In this document: piece by piece, positions 27,634 to 41,200 of the stretch
How the letters are laid out: the number at the start of each line of letters is the position of its first letter
Numbering within the stretch: position 1 is the stretch's first letter
NCBI GenBank assembly: GCA_002633005.1
Contig: NMRA01000408.1
Coordinates: forward strand, 62,001 to 126,000
From: Phoronis australis
Taxonomy: Eukaryota; Animalia; Phoronida
Reading direction: 5' to 3'
Length of the DNA: 64,000 nt
Translations under genes and position numbers: made by a program
Notes under the pieces: model-generated
Seen by the model: the letters and a program-made list of their open reading frames with translations, nothing else
What the model was told of the DNA's origin: nothing
Databases searched by the model: none

Positions 27634-28174
27634 TACCTTCCATTACAAAAAGCGTTTGAATTGAACCACGTGGCGTTGTGAAATCACTCTAAAATTGTTC
27701 CTTAGTCAAATTGCGTGTCATTATGTGTGCCGAGCACGGTCTAGGCAAAGACGGGTTATGATGCCCAGCAGTACGGTCTACGGTCTCTGGTCTAGGGGAA
27801 TTAGGAACTACCAGTTCTTTACAAACCGCGAATTCAGTTCTCATCTGAGTAAGGAACATTCCATTTTATGAATTTCTTTCAATTTTATAGCGGTGAGTGG
27901 ACCTATTCAAAAGATCGCTTATAGGACAGAACGCGGTTAAGAGCAGCTTAAAGGCAACCGCAGGGAGTATTTGTCACTAGGGAGCGCCACAGAAGTCAAC
28001 TCGATCAAAAAATCATCTCAAATGAGGCTTGCTTTGAAGCCTCAATAGAAACATGTTAGGTGTGATTATGATGGATATTGAGGCAAACGCAAAGAAGGTC
28101 CAAAATGGCTACCCAAGAGATCACTACAGTGGTCAAAACTGTCTAAAAATCACCACACGTACTTTTTATGAGCA

Positions 28175-28375
28175 CAGCCCGGACATCCACATCGGCCGGG
28201 GGTGGGGCATCGAATCACTATGAATAAACTAGTTGAAATTGTGACTGGTTTGTAGTTAAATTGAATAAAAATTTTCTATTTTATCTTTTTACTTTTCATA
28301 GTACTAGGATCCATGCATTTGGGCATCCAATGAAAAATCGGCCCCGGGCATCACCAAACCTCTGCACGCTACTGC
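28175..28375. mobile_element. Truncated hAT-like element end
   Basis: Ends in ...ggccccgggcatcacc...cacgctactg, resembling a CAGTRGCGT-type terminus; no matching left end found. Confidence 0.35.
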
Positions 28376-28779
28376 CCCAACACCACTGTTCGTTTCTCAC
28401 AAGCACACCTGCGGCCTTCAGTTCCCGCAAATAGACTCTCACGCTGTGTCATTATCTAATCATATGGGTTAAAATCATAGCTCTGCGTTTGCCAACAGAC
28501 ACTGCATTCCCGAGAAACCAGTGTGTCGGACACACGACGACAATTGTATCTGAGAGACAGTACAGCTGTAATACAGTTCATCTTTGCATACAACAGTTCC
28601 AAGTCGAGACCGAGCTATGTTTTTTAATTTTCACAGCATTTGTGGACCTGAGCAAACACTTATCACCTTCTAATGCTATTTTACCGTCAGTACTTCGTCA
28701 ACTTTTTAACCTGGATTGACGCCTGAGAGTAAACTTGAATTCTCATTTATGAATATTAATGAAAATAAATAGAGGCCTT

Positions 28780-29010
28780 TCCAAGCAACGCCCCACATCA
28801 AGGAAGGAGTCCCAATGGCTTTTCACTGAAATAAGGGCTGTTTTAAAACATATATCAGAAAATAGTATTAGCCAAAGAGGAGCGTATGATAAAGACAAAG
28901 TGATAGAAAAACGCTAAATTGTGAATAAGCAAAGACAGATTCTGAAATGCCCAGGAGACTTGAGGAAGTTATTGAGTCCCTATTTGGGATAGGTTCATGC
29001 CACTGGGCAC
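28780..29010. mobile_element. Diverged second copy of the 26760-27170 MITE (right part)
   Basis: Shares ttgagtccctatttggga..gttcatg and ataaaga.aaa..gatagaaaa blocks with 27050-27165. Confidence 0.5.
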
Positions 29011-31905
29011 AGGTACATCTCTTATGAACATGTATTACTATCAAATCACTTCCTTCGTTTGCAAAATCAAAACAATTAGGGAAGGAATTCAACAGAATCG
29101 CAATTTGCATTACCGGATAAAACTGTCGAATTTGCCCAACAACAAACACCAAAAACATGGCGCCCAGCAAGGTACCCTGTGGCACCATAAAACAATGGAG
29201 GACACTAGTACAAAGACAGGGCACAGTAACCTCTTAAACAGATTTAATATTATCCATTCACATCTCTCATGCATCGCGAGGACGATTTCACAAAATAACA
29301 ATGTTTTAGAAAATATAACTGAGCACTGTTATAATCAAGTTTACCCACATTCAACCCTCACATCTGTTTAAGAAAATCATAGGCAACATATGGCTTTTTA
29401 AAGCGATATGGTGAACTGTGATAACTAGGATCAACAAATACCAATGCCAATCTTACATTGCTCACACTTTCTGCACATTTTAAATGAATTCTTTCATTAA
29501 TTAGATGTTCATTATTTTGAACTACCATCACAGCAGAAATGTGTAAAAACAACCAATTCCTTTCACCAATACAGGTAATTCCATTCAAAATGACTTTACA
29601 TCACTAAGGTTTAAACATCAACCAGCAAGACTCAGTACATTTTACACAAGAAAACTTGAGAAATCTCCAGTAAATATTCCATGAAGTTGTCCCAATGCAG
29701 GGGGGGGGGGGGGGGNGGGGTTACAGCTGGAAAATTAGGATACATGCCCATTTTGAGAGTAGAACCCAAACAAGATGCTCCATGTATCAGGATGTTGCAT
29801 TTAAAGTCACCCTTTCACAGGGGTTATATCCAGAAACTTAACTCTTCCCTGGTAATTTTTGGGCAGCCAAATTTTCCATCCATTAAACAAGACAGTACAA
29901 GAGATGCTTTGTTGTCAAAAAAGATTACATAATTTACCAAGGTTTTAAAATAAATTTGACACCGAAAACCAATCTGTAGATTATGTGTATTGGAAAAAAA
30001 GGAATCGTTTGTAGTGTTTTGAACTCTCAGTCAACCTTCTGAAGCTAATTTTGTCAGAAAAGACACCTTTTCATAGAGAATTTTGTCAGAAAAGACACAG
30101 GGAAACTGGTCATGAAAAAGTGACACTTGAGTGGCATGTCCAGTGAGAGGAACCTTGGGTTCAAATCTAAGTCAACTGTGTGTTACACATGTTGAACTTT
30201 GACCTATTTATACTTTTAAATACATATTTTGGCCCAGAGGTGCACTGCTGAAGATTTGCAATATGGGTGGCCCATTGCAAAATTTACAATAACATATTTT
30301 TTGAAAATATTGATGCTATGCTAGTGTTCTTTATTGAAATACATTACTCAAAAGCACTGCATATTAAATTGATTTTCCAAATATTTTCCACAATTAAAAT
30401 ATTTCTGCATAATTTCATGTCTTTATAAAGAACAATCTTTTACCAATAGAATAGCAGAATTAGGTTTTGTGTCAATGGTAACTAATCAAATGTGTTTGGG
30501 TCATACATCAACAAAAGTTTACCAAATGGGTTCACTCAAATAAAATTTAAAAGCTCCCTTAAGCTCCCAACTAACACCAATGCCTGTTCAGGTCAGCTCG
30601 CTGCAAATGTCGGAATTAAAATTATCTAAATCTGAACCGCTATCTATCCACCATTCACAGCATGTATCCACCACATGCTGTAAACGTTGAGTTGATTAGG
30701 ACCCCCACGGCGGCTAGGTGCCAAAGTAGGCAGTGTTGAATACCAATTTGTGTTATTTCTATAAACCAAAAACATGGTTCACTCACCAACTCTTGCTCGG
30801 TGTAATAAAACTCTTGGGTTTGTTACTTGCTGGGAAAAACCACATTAGATTGAACAGACTTGAACAGTGAATCCACGCACCATAAGCAAAGTTCCAAAAC
30901 TACGGCGAGAGACAGGTTACATAAAGGACTGTGTCAGAACAGGTAGACTAAAACTTGATGATCAAGATTTGTGTCTTAACAACCAGAAGATGATTTGTTA
31001 ACACTAAAGAGATTCAGTCATAAATAACCGCGTGTCGATGGAGGTCAGCAAATTTCATATCAGCCCTTAATAAGAGAGAGTTTGTTTCATGTCGAGCAAG
31101 GTGCCACCTATGTCAAATGAACACAAGAGGCATAGAAACACGACATGAACAGAATGGACTGGTCAGCTTGTTCACCAGACTTAAAACCAATAGTAAACGC
31201 CCGGAAATAACATGGCAGATAAATAAGAAAATGCAACCTCAATCAAACATCAATGACTTAAGCACATTCTTGTTTAGGAGTGGAATGCCATTCCCCAAAC
31301 CTACGTCAGAACTCTCATTAACAGCATGAGATGAGCACCATGCATACATTAAAGTACCGACGGTACTGAAATAAAAAGCTCCTGCTGAAAATAATCGTCT
31401 TCTTTTCACATTCACTTCTTATTTCACCACCATGACATCATCTACACAAGTGAAACCACAATAATATGCAGTGCTCGTCTTCCCATATTCAAAGTCTCAA
31501 AATTCTTTCACCTCTCACTAGGCACTGACTCTATAAGAGTGATTCTATAAGAGAAGTATAATTGTTCTTTGTGAAATCGGGATAAAACTCAGATTTTATA
31601 TTGAGATGTGAAAAATCAAGAGATGAGCAACAAAATATGCAATACCTTTTTGAGTAGTATATGTACTTTAACATAGGGTCACATGTAAAAAGAGCCACTA
31701 GCCATATTAGGCGATCTTATTCAACAATACACCTCCATGCACTATAGAACGGAAGTATCTCATCCTGAACAGTAGGCATGCCATGGCAAGGAAGCAGGAG
31801 TATGCTGTTGACTGGGCGTGATTAATACTTGTAGTAAACATACAAGATACATCTTGCCACTAAGTCTGTGAATAACAACATGACCACTGTGATTCAAGAA
31901 CACAC

Positions 31906-31925
31906 AAGCACACACACACACACAC
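31906..31925. repeat. (CA)n microsatellite in the eIF5B 3' UTR region
   Basis: cacacacacacacaca run. Confidence 0.8.
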
Positions 31926-32146
31926 AGGATAGGTGTGGGTGGAAATGAATGCAAGTGTTCTCACGGAGGTATCCTCCAGGTGTCACCGTTTGATCCTTCA
32001 ATCCATTTCATATCGTACTTGGCCTTTTTTGTACTTTGCCTCTTAGTCAGAGGAACTTTTTTCATTTTTAAGTGTAGCTAAACATCACCAAGAGTCAGAA
32101 ACAGTAATCCAATGTTTCTGAGGCCGATAACAAGTGTCACTGATGT

Positions 32147-32254
32147 CTAGATAATATCAAAAATCTTTTTCAGCTCCACGACCACTGCCCAATCGGCTTT
32201 AGTCATCTCATCACGGAAATAGTCCTTGAGTGCGTTTATTGACGTACGTGAAAT
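32147..32254 (-). CDS. EIF5B: eIF5B last coding exon ([35 protein letters not shown])
   Basis: Conserved C-terminus; TAG at 32147-32149; ttgcag| acceptor. Confidence 0.96.
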   Translation of the reverse strand: MSRTSINALKDYFRDEMTKADWAVVVELKKIFDII

Positions 32255-35200
32255 CTGCAATAAAAACATATACGTTAAATTGACACATATCAACAAACAC
32301 GCCTGCACGCACACAAACACACACCGCAAGCATGAAAGTCAGTCTCTTACTTTAGCAACAAAAAACTTCTCATTCCACAATACCATTCTCACCGGCTACA
32401 TTTGTTTTCTAGTGCGCCACACTTTAAGAATATATTTCCTTTCTCTTGAACCAGAGTTCTTTTCTGACAAACATCATTTTTTCTCACAATCAAGGTGTTT
32501 ATAAAGCTAAATGTAAGAAACGGGTTGGTAAGAAGGCATCATCAGAAAAGTGGGGAATGTTTCGTGAAAAGTGACTCAAGATTCAAGTCAGAAATTTGGC
32601 CTTTTGCTCCAGACAGTCGTTTCAGAAAAATAATTAAATCTAACTTGAAAATCTCCCTAGGTCAACTGCTTCATCTATGTTCAGTTGCGAGTAGAGTTTT
32701 TTTCCGAAGCTATGAGCGTAACGGAATAAAGACTGTGAACAATGAAAGGTGTTGTGCGTTTAATCAATTCTGTAAATCCGAAAACTTGCTCCCGAAGCAC
32801 AGCCCAATCTCATTTGAGCAAAAGTCCAAAATTTTTGAGAACATACATTTTACTGCGAATTTCTAAAATAATGTACACTGCGATGTGCTCATAATTCCTT
32901 GGCTAAACCTTTTCAGAAATTATAAAGACCAAATTTCTGCCATAAGTCTTCGGTCACTTTTCTTAGAACACATCCCTATATTCAAACAAAAACAAAGCTC
33001 TAAATGAGAAAGCTTGTGCAGTTGGTGACGAAGAAGTATGACAACTATGACTTAAATTACTTAATAAATGACGCAATTGACTGTTCCATCAGCCAATAAC
33101 ACCTGACGTCTTAACTGTCCAGCAATTGGTATTAGTTCGACATAACGTGCCCGCATTTTGAGAACCATTTTTCTCCACTCCAGCAAACTGGTTCTCAAAA
33201 TGTGGGCATGTATATCCGACCATTGCCCCATAATCCTAACTCTTCCAGGTCTATAGACATACATGAACGTTCCTACTCCTTGTGTTTTACTTCATACTGT
33301 AGCTGTACGGTAAAGTCGCGTGATTTTCGGACGGCCCGCCATTTTCGACCAAGAATAAATATTTCCGAAATGAGTTTTTCATAGTCCACGAAATTCGTAC
33401 AAGGTCCAAAAACAGTTTTTCAAAAATCCTCGAATTTCGTACATTGTCATAAACATCGGAATTTTTTCCCGCGAATTTCGGACAAGGAAAATTTTAGAAA
33501 CGGTAATTTGGGATCGATGCAACTCCCGTGTCACTAAAGCGTTCAACGGATGATTACTACTGTATAAGGCTTGAGTACGAGAGTCGGTATAACGGGTTTG
33601 TAATTTTTACCTTGTCTTGACGATGTCACGACCGTTACTCGATTGTCTTGCGTTTAGCTTGTGTGTGGCGCTTTAGCTATGAAAAGAATCACCGAGTTCC
33701 GCATAACGAAAATTTCCGATGAAAACACTAATGGGAAATACACCGAAGGCTTCAACTTTTCGTTGTAGCGTAACATGTGCTCTGGTTTAAATAGGCCGTG
33801 CTGTTCGACTCCCGACTGTGACATTGAACATGCACGCCTGACATCAACTTGCGTGTTTACGAAACGTTTTTATTTTAAAACATCCTGGCCTTTGCAAATG
33901 CCCAACTATCGCCGGACAATAAGTTTTGCTGCCACTTACCTGCATCCCGGCGAATGATTGAAATCTTCGTGCAGCCGTTCTGGGCTTGCTTAATAATTTT
34001 GAATGGGACAGTTAGCAAGGAATGAGCCACCACTGACTAACATTCAGACGTGCTTCTGACAACGCAGTTTTTGGGTTGAAACGAAAATTTTTCATTAAAA
34101 ATCTGTTTGCAGTTCAAACGTCTTCCGTTTTTGAGTGTCTTCTTGGTAGTGCTCATTCGTGTAATGTGTTAAGCAGTGTAAGGCACAGCACTCTTCGGAA
34201 CGGCGCGCTGGCGCAGTGCCGCACACGCAATTGCTACAGGGACACAGCATCCCTGCCTTATGTTGTGTAAGTGCCTGTACTATAAAAACACATATCAAAA
34301 ACTAATATACACCCACGTAACCACGCTTCACTATCCTTACAAATTCTCTATCTCTGATAAGCATCACAGATGCAAGAATTTCGCTAAAGAAGCTAGTGTG
34401 ATCCTGTGCTTCGCTTGCAATACTTGACCATACGTCTCGAAGTCTTCAGACTAGTGTGTTCGTGAGATTCTCACCCTTGCGGCCCTGTACGAAGACTAGG
34501 GTATTGTTCAGTAGCTGTCTTGCGAATAGAAAAATCTAGCCAAAATCACGTTTTCAACTGAAAATACACAATATGTCACGTAATTTCATGAATTCTTGCT
34601 TTTTAGTGAGTGAAGTCCTAGCGTTACGAGCTTTACCCCTATGTAGACCTAAAAATATTGAATATGCGGCGACCTAATTTTGCTTGCTCATCCACTGGTC
34701 TGTGTACTTCTGGTCTTGTTAATTCGCGCCTTGTACCGTCTGAGGTACAACACGCTGGACTCCATGGTGTCCCGAGATTAAGATGAATCCCGACAAATGA
34801 GGACACCGGGACATGTGCGGCGCACCATAGGGGACTGGGGGGCTATAACCTCCCACTTTTTTCAGTGCTACGCCACGCATGGTCAATAGGCGATGCACCA
34901 CAGGGATCCGAGGGGGCTTTAGCCCCCCCACTTTTTTCAGTGCTGCGCCGCCCAAGCGGCACCCTGTGGCACTCGATCTCTGTCTGCGGCGACCGTAAGA
35001 AAATCCTCCAATCTTTTCGAAAAATTATAAGTCAGTTGAATCAGATTTGATAGTCGTTGCTTCTTGCGGTCCAAGGTGAGGCTAACAAGAATACAGGACC
35101 TGCAGTCCGATGCAACGAGCCTGGGACCTTATAGGTGTTTCTGACCTGGAGTTCCACATCTACTTTCCACAGGGCCTGGTCTTCTTGTCCATGTCACCGC

Positions 35201-38200
35201 CTTCAGTTGATAGTTTTGAGACAAAAATGAAACGTGATCTTAAACTACAGACCATGCTTTTTGTATTACTTGAGATAGATTTAGAGGCATTTCAGCTGTA
35301 AGTGTGTTTAATTGTGTTTGATTCGAAAGAGATGACTGTTAAATTGCTAATTATTATTGTTCTATTTTTACCCGAGGTGATGCCTTACTTGCAGCAAGGG
35401 TAAATAATTTTGGGAAGTATTACCAGCGATTTCCGTATATAAGTTCGGGAAACCACTAACGTCTATGTAAAAATACACCAGGGCCTATACTCGGCAATGT
35501 CGAATACACGAACACAGCATAAATACTGTATCTCACCCTAATTATATTCTAGTGGGAATAGCATTATTTTCAGATTTCAAGCATGCATTTTTATTCTCAG
35601 ATATGCATCCAGGTATATTTTAGGGAAAAAATTTAAGATACGCAAATTGGGCATATATTCTGCTGGACTTACATACGGAAATCTACGGTGGATCTTCTTA
35701 AACCTGCAAACCATGAAAATTTCATTGAGACAGTTTTGTTCTACTAACATGTTCAACTAACATTCCGTTCATGCAAGTCGGTCAGTACGTTCGCATTTAA
35801 GGCGTTATTGCAACAGGTAAGTGTTGTTTTGATTTTTGTTTGGTGCTTCCATACTTTATTTTTGTTATGTATTCCTGTCTTCAGATAGTCACTGTTATTC
35901 TTCAACAACATTTCTGTACTTATAATGAGACTTCAGTAAACTCGCGACTGTTCATACTTTAAATGTTAGCAGAAGTGTGTAGTGTCCATCAGCAGAGACC
36001 TGTGGGAAGAACTATTTTCCGTAACTGTAGCAAATATATGACGCAATGAAATGAAAACGGTCGACATAGATGAATTGTAATTGGTTAAATGTATATTAAG
36101 AAAGAAAATTAAGTATATAAATAGTAGACCGGTTCTTGAATTGCCTGGTTTACGTCCTTCATGAGTTCACCTGTCCCAAATTGAGTGCTTTCGTTTTTCT
36201 TTTCAGGTCGTCACTAGTCGATTCTTCTAACAGTCGTGATCTGCCCAGTAGCCTATTGTATCAACGTGCGCAACAACGGTCTTGGCAGGGGGTTGCACCA
36301 AGCAGACTCCCTTAGAATTAGTGGCACAAAATCGACATTGGTGTGCAGCAGGAGGCCGAGGGGGGGAGGGGTGGCGGCGTAAATTAGTAGTGACTGAGGG
36401 AGACTGAGCTGCGCGAAATTGGTGATGACCGTGGACGGCGCTAAACTGGTGACGACCAGAAGAAACGGCCCTGTTATCTTCCTCGCAGATTATCAGAAAA
36501 TGCTAACGATTATCAGTTTCATTTCATCCACAAACAGATTTCACAAGTCAGAGTTTTCACTGTGGTTGAAAACGTAAGCGAACCCAGATGTGTTAGGTCA
36601 CCTCAGTTGCATGAAGACGCGCCAGTGTATCACTGAGTTAATATCGGGCGTTTCAAAGGCTGTGGATGAGAAAGGTTTTAATTGTAAAAAAACGGTTGGG
36701 TGAATTTGATGTTGGTAGCATTTGAAATTGCATTTGCTTTCTAGTCAACGCCCTTATATATACAATATGTTAGTTAATCGTGTCTTCAGCCGCGCAGCAC
36801 TGTACTAGTCAACGCATTCCCATCGTTTGCAGTAGGCCTAAACATGTAGAACGACAGCGCTTCTTCAACAATTCAGACGACTACCAGGACGACAAATGGG
36901 GATCACGAGTAGATGAGAAACTACTCGTTTTATTATCATGATTGTCTTTTTAATCTGTTTTGGGTAATTGTTCAATCAAAGTTTTTATGTTGAAACTGAG
37001 CTTTCAGATAATATGGAAATAAACGTGTCAGAGTTAACTTGCGTTTCGGTTTGTAACCAGCAGACAATGCATGGATACGTTTAACAAACATAAATATATG
37101 CTATGTTCTTGTCATTGTTCGTCACTTTCTTCACTGAACTCGTTCCCACATCCATTACTGTTACGTTTAATGCAAAATTCGTTAAAATTGAGAAAGCGCA
37201 TGTTTTGATGGTCGGGAACCCTCTTTGTGCGCCGAATACGCAAGTCCAGCTTTTTATTGGGAAACCATGCGTTGACAGCGCAAACTCGACATTTTTTATT
37301 GAGAAAACGCATTTTTACAAAAGAGAATCGGTTGTCTGTAACGTTTCATGTGCGTCAACAACGCAAACCAGACCCACTCATTGAAAAGCCCATATTTGTC
37401 ACCAGGAAGACTCTTCACAACGCAGCCCGGCCGATATTTCAAGTGAGATAGCGCAGTTTTGAAAAGATTCCGTCTCTTGCCGAGAACGGTTTTTGAGCAT
37501 CGGCAATGCAAGCCGAATATTTCATATTGAGAAAGCACATCTTTGAAAAGAAGAACCAACACTTGTTGGGAACGGTCTTTGTGCGTCGACGACGCACATT
37601 TCTTATTGGGAAAGCCAGATTTTCAAAAATTAATCGCTCAGACCATTTGAGTCTCATTTACCTGCAATTATACTGCTATCAAATGACCGAGCCAGCATTG
37701 TTGATACTACGACCGCTCATCGAAATAATATACACCCACGAAATTCGGACACTAGCGGAAACCAAAATTTGGAGGTCCGCCAAATTCGGACACCACAAAA
37801 TGATATTTCGCGAGATTCGTCCAAGAATGAATTTTTTCTACTGGAATTAATTTTCAGTGTCCGAAAATCACGCGACTTTACCGTACCACAGATTTACTTA
37901 TATAAGCCAATGTACACACCCAGTGGGAATTTGTATGAAAATTAAACACCGATAACTCTGGCCAGTTTCACAAAAAAACGGACCACGAAACCATAACTTT
38001 TTCAATAGCGAATTCTTCATCAATGTCTTTTAAAGAAAATGACCCTGATACGACGAGAGCCAGAATGTCCCGTGAATTTTCTGTCCAAGTGCAGCCTACA
38101 ATATCGACATGCCCAGCTGTGCTTTCAGATCCGTTAAAAGCCTGAGTGTGTATGTGGATCGAGTTTGACTTTTGGTTCCGAAAATTCTGAGGTTGACATT

Positions 38201-41200
38201 CAGCGATATTCTGGGCTCTGCTGAACTCACCATGTGAGGATAGTTTCGATCGTTTGTGTATCCACTGCTGCTACTGGTGAGACAGTGTTTTCAGATGCTC
38301 TTAATAGTTGTCACTCTTTTCTGGTTTTCTATTTCCGTGATGGTGGTGAACTGGTTTACCGACAGAATTTTGGACATTAAATACAATATGTTCTAAGCTA
38401 CTACAGAGGTAGTGAAAAACTGACACTCACAGCTTCCCTCGAGATTTGCCTGTGGCTTCACTCACCTTGCTGACCAGCAGGTCAGTGTGGTCAAAGTGTC
38501 GTCCGTACAACTTGGGAGCCTCACCACTGGTGTTCTCAATCTTGATGCACACCTCCATACCTTTACGGGCGGTGTCCACCTGTTTGTGATTCACCTCCAA
38601 ACTGCTGATACGGCCTACCTCAAGGAACTGGAAAACAATATCAGAATGTACTTGTTTGTTGGGAATGTCACCACAGAACATAACATGATTAGGATTATTA
38701 CTAGTGCAAGCGTGTCATTTACTACTACCATCCTGCTCACTATTATTCACATTATTCACATCATTATCATAATCTTTCTATCCTACGGGTTATAATATTA
38801 ACTAGCTGGTAATATCATTATAAAACTTAACATTAATAATAATAACAGTAATAAAAATAATACTGTTAATATTATTAACTAATACATTACCATACTGGTA
38901 CGTTATCATACTTGTCATACTGTTAATATTACTACCTGGTACATTAATTATCATAATAACACTGTCAATATTACTACCTGGTACATTAATCATCATAACA
39001 ACATGTTAATATTACTATCTGGTACATTATATATGTGATTTATTGAAATACATACACATGGCCATAGGCCCAACGTATAACATTAATTATCATCATAACA
39101 CTGTTAATATTATTACCTGGTACGTTAATCAATAATACTTCGTGTTACTGTAGTTATTACAGTTATCATCACAAGAAACAAGTAATGTTAATGGCTCATT
39201 CAAGTGAACAATATACAGCTAACATTATGGCAGCACTTTGACTGGCATCTGAACAAGCAAACTTGGCACAGTTTCAACTTAGTTCTACCAGGCTATCAGT
39301 CTGCACAGGAAATTACCACTTTCCAGCATTCCAGCCCTGACCAATGGCTAATTAGTGTAATTAACTAACGAGGTGAGCTCTAGGCAGGGTGAAGGAGGGC
39401 GAATACCTGTGACAACGTTGCGCCCCACAAAAGTCCTTATAATCTAAATTTATAAATAAATACCAGTGTCTTCCCAAATTTTGACAATAGTGATTTATTT
39501 ATAACGCACTAAGATAGCCACAATTTAAATGACATGGTTAAAAAATTTCCTAATTTTTTCAAAATCCGTTTATCCTTCTGTGTATAAAATTAAAAAATAA
39601 AAAATTAGTACGTGCCACCAAAGAGGAAAACTCACCTTACAAACCAAATTTTTTACCAGGTGAATATTTTTACAAACTACACCTGATACCCACTACCTAG
39701 GAACTCAACTAGAATGACCTCTGACCTTAGCATCAACCACAAGGTCATGGGGAGCAATTAAGGTGACATTTTGTGGTTTCGGGAACATAGTTTTTTCAAT
39801 TTGCAATTGAAAGCTCAATCAGACTCGCACTCTGGTGGTAGATTAGGTGACGATAACTGTCAAAAAAGTTTGATTAATTGACTAAAAACGGGGCCAAAAG
39901 CCCCAACAGTCAACATTAACAGTGATTAGCGAGAGAAAATTCGCTCGTTACACACTGATAACTCTGTTCATACTTGTGTCACGCGATAGTGTCTGGGTTG
40001 GAAACTATGCCAGTTTCATTTAGGCATGACCCGAGTATAAATAAAATAATTCTTTTCTGCCTTCGCAAAGACACCCCAACTGTGCAAAAATGGAAGACGG
40101 GAAAATTACTTATGACAAGTTAAAAACAAATTTTAGCAATATTAAAAATATCGAAATTAGGAAGAAATAAGAACGCATTTTCAGCAGGCAATAAGACCGG
40201 TAATTCACCTCGACTATTTTACAAGGCTTCAGGAAATCGCTTTGCACTGATCAATGTCAAATTACTAATTTTCAATATTTTCTGCATGGTTAACAACTCT
40301 ACTTGATGATTGCGTGCAATTTGCCAGCTGTCTCAAATAGCCATGGCACGATATGTAATTTGGGTGTAACAGGGGAGGGGTGTACACATTACCCTGCTGT
40401 CATGGTATACGCGGCTGCAAACAATTTGTGACACATGTAAAAAGAGGCATGCTGTTGGCATTGACATCAAAATACAGTCATTAAATTATCAAGTGATCTC
40501 GCTGTTGTTTCAGAATCGGCTATTTCATGTGGCCATGTTACGATCTGCAAGAGTTCATAAGCACAAAAATACAACATTTAATCAAATACGTAAATAGTTG
40601 ACTACAGTATATACATGCGTATTCTAGATCTAGTGCCCACATGTGAACCTATGCCTACTTTCATACGCCAATTTAGGGGTCCGCACCCATGTGCAAATCA
40701 TTTGAACAAAACCACTAGGACCAAGCTTAATATGATACGAGCGAAGGTAGGATGTCCCACCCATCACAACAAATGTAGACATGTTTACAATTCAAAATAA
40801 ACAAATTGAACGAAACCTACTAAAATGGGATGAGAGCACAAAAAGTCGAAGTTCAGACTCGTGTGCAAGGAATACCAGCCTCCACCTGTAGATGGCGCTC
40901 AGGTATAGACCCCTGTGCGTGAAACGCTAGGTCAAAAAGTTTTTGAAAAACATACAGACAGAGATGTGAGAACTGCACTCCGACCAGACTATTAGCTGAT
41001 GATGCAATGGGGACGACTATGATTATGGTATCGACTGACAGTGGGATATGAGCACAGCCCCAGAAATCGCTTTCGCATTATGTCAAGGTTTTCATTCACT
41101 CCCTTGCACACATTCACAAGTACACACATTCACAAGTAAGACCGAGCTCAGAGGAATAGAAGACACCTTTGTGCAATGCTCGAATGTCAGCCAGTGAAGC

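Larger units (their letters stand above)
33308..37883. mobile_element. 4.6-kb TA-flanked DNA transposon (Tc1/mariner-Pogo-like), apparently non-autonomous, in the last eIF5B intron
   Basis: Perfect 25-bp TIR CGGTAAAGTCGCGTGATTTTCGGAC / GTCCGAAAATCACGCGACTTTACCG with TA at 33306-7 and 37884-5; repeated subterminal aa(a/t)ttcg(g/t)ac motifs; no transposase-length ORF. Confidence 0.85.

Noticed and set aside
29700-29720. Poly-G run as a G-quadruplex element
   Set aside because: It contains an N and probably marks a contig join or sequencing dropout, so its length is unreliable.
37103-37850. Overlapping ORFs inside the 4.6-kb element as a transposase or cargo gene
   Set aside because: They are short, in several frames, lack HTH/DDE motifs and coincide with a degenerate tandem repeat.
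38419-38470. Fifth exon-boundary duplication (second gtgagt ~35 nt downstream of the donor)
   Set aside because: Similarity is limited to the cactcac heptamer, with no exon-derived sequence repeated.
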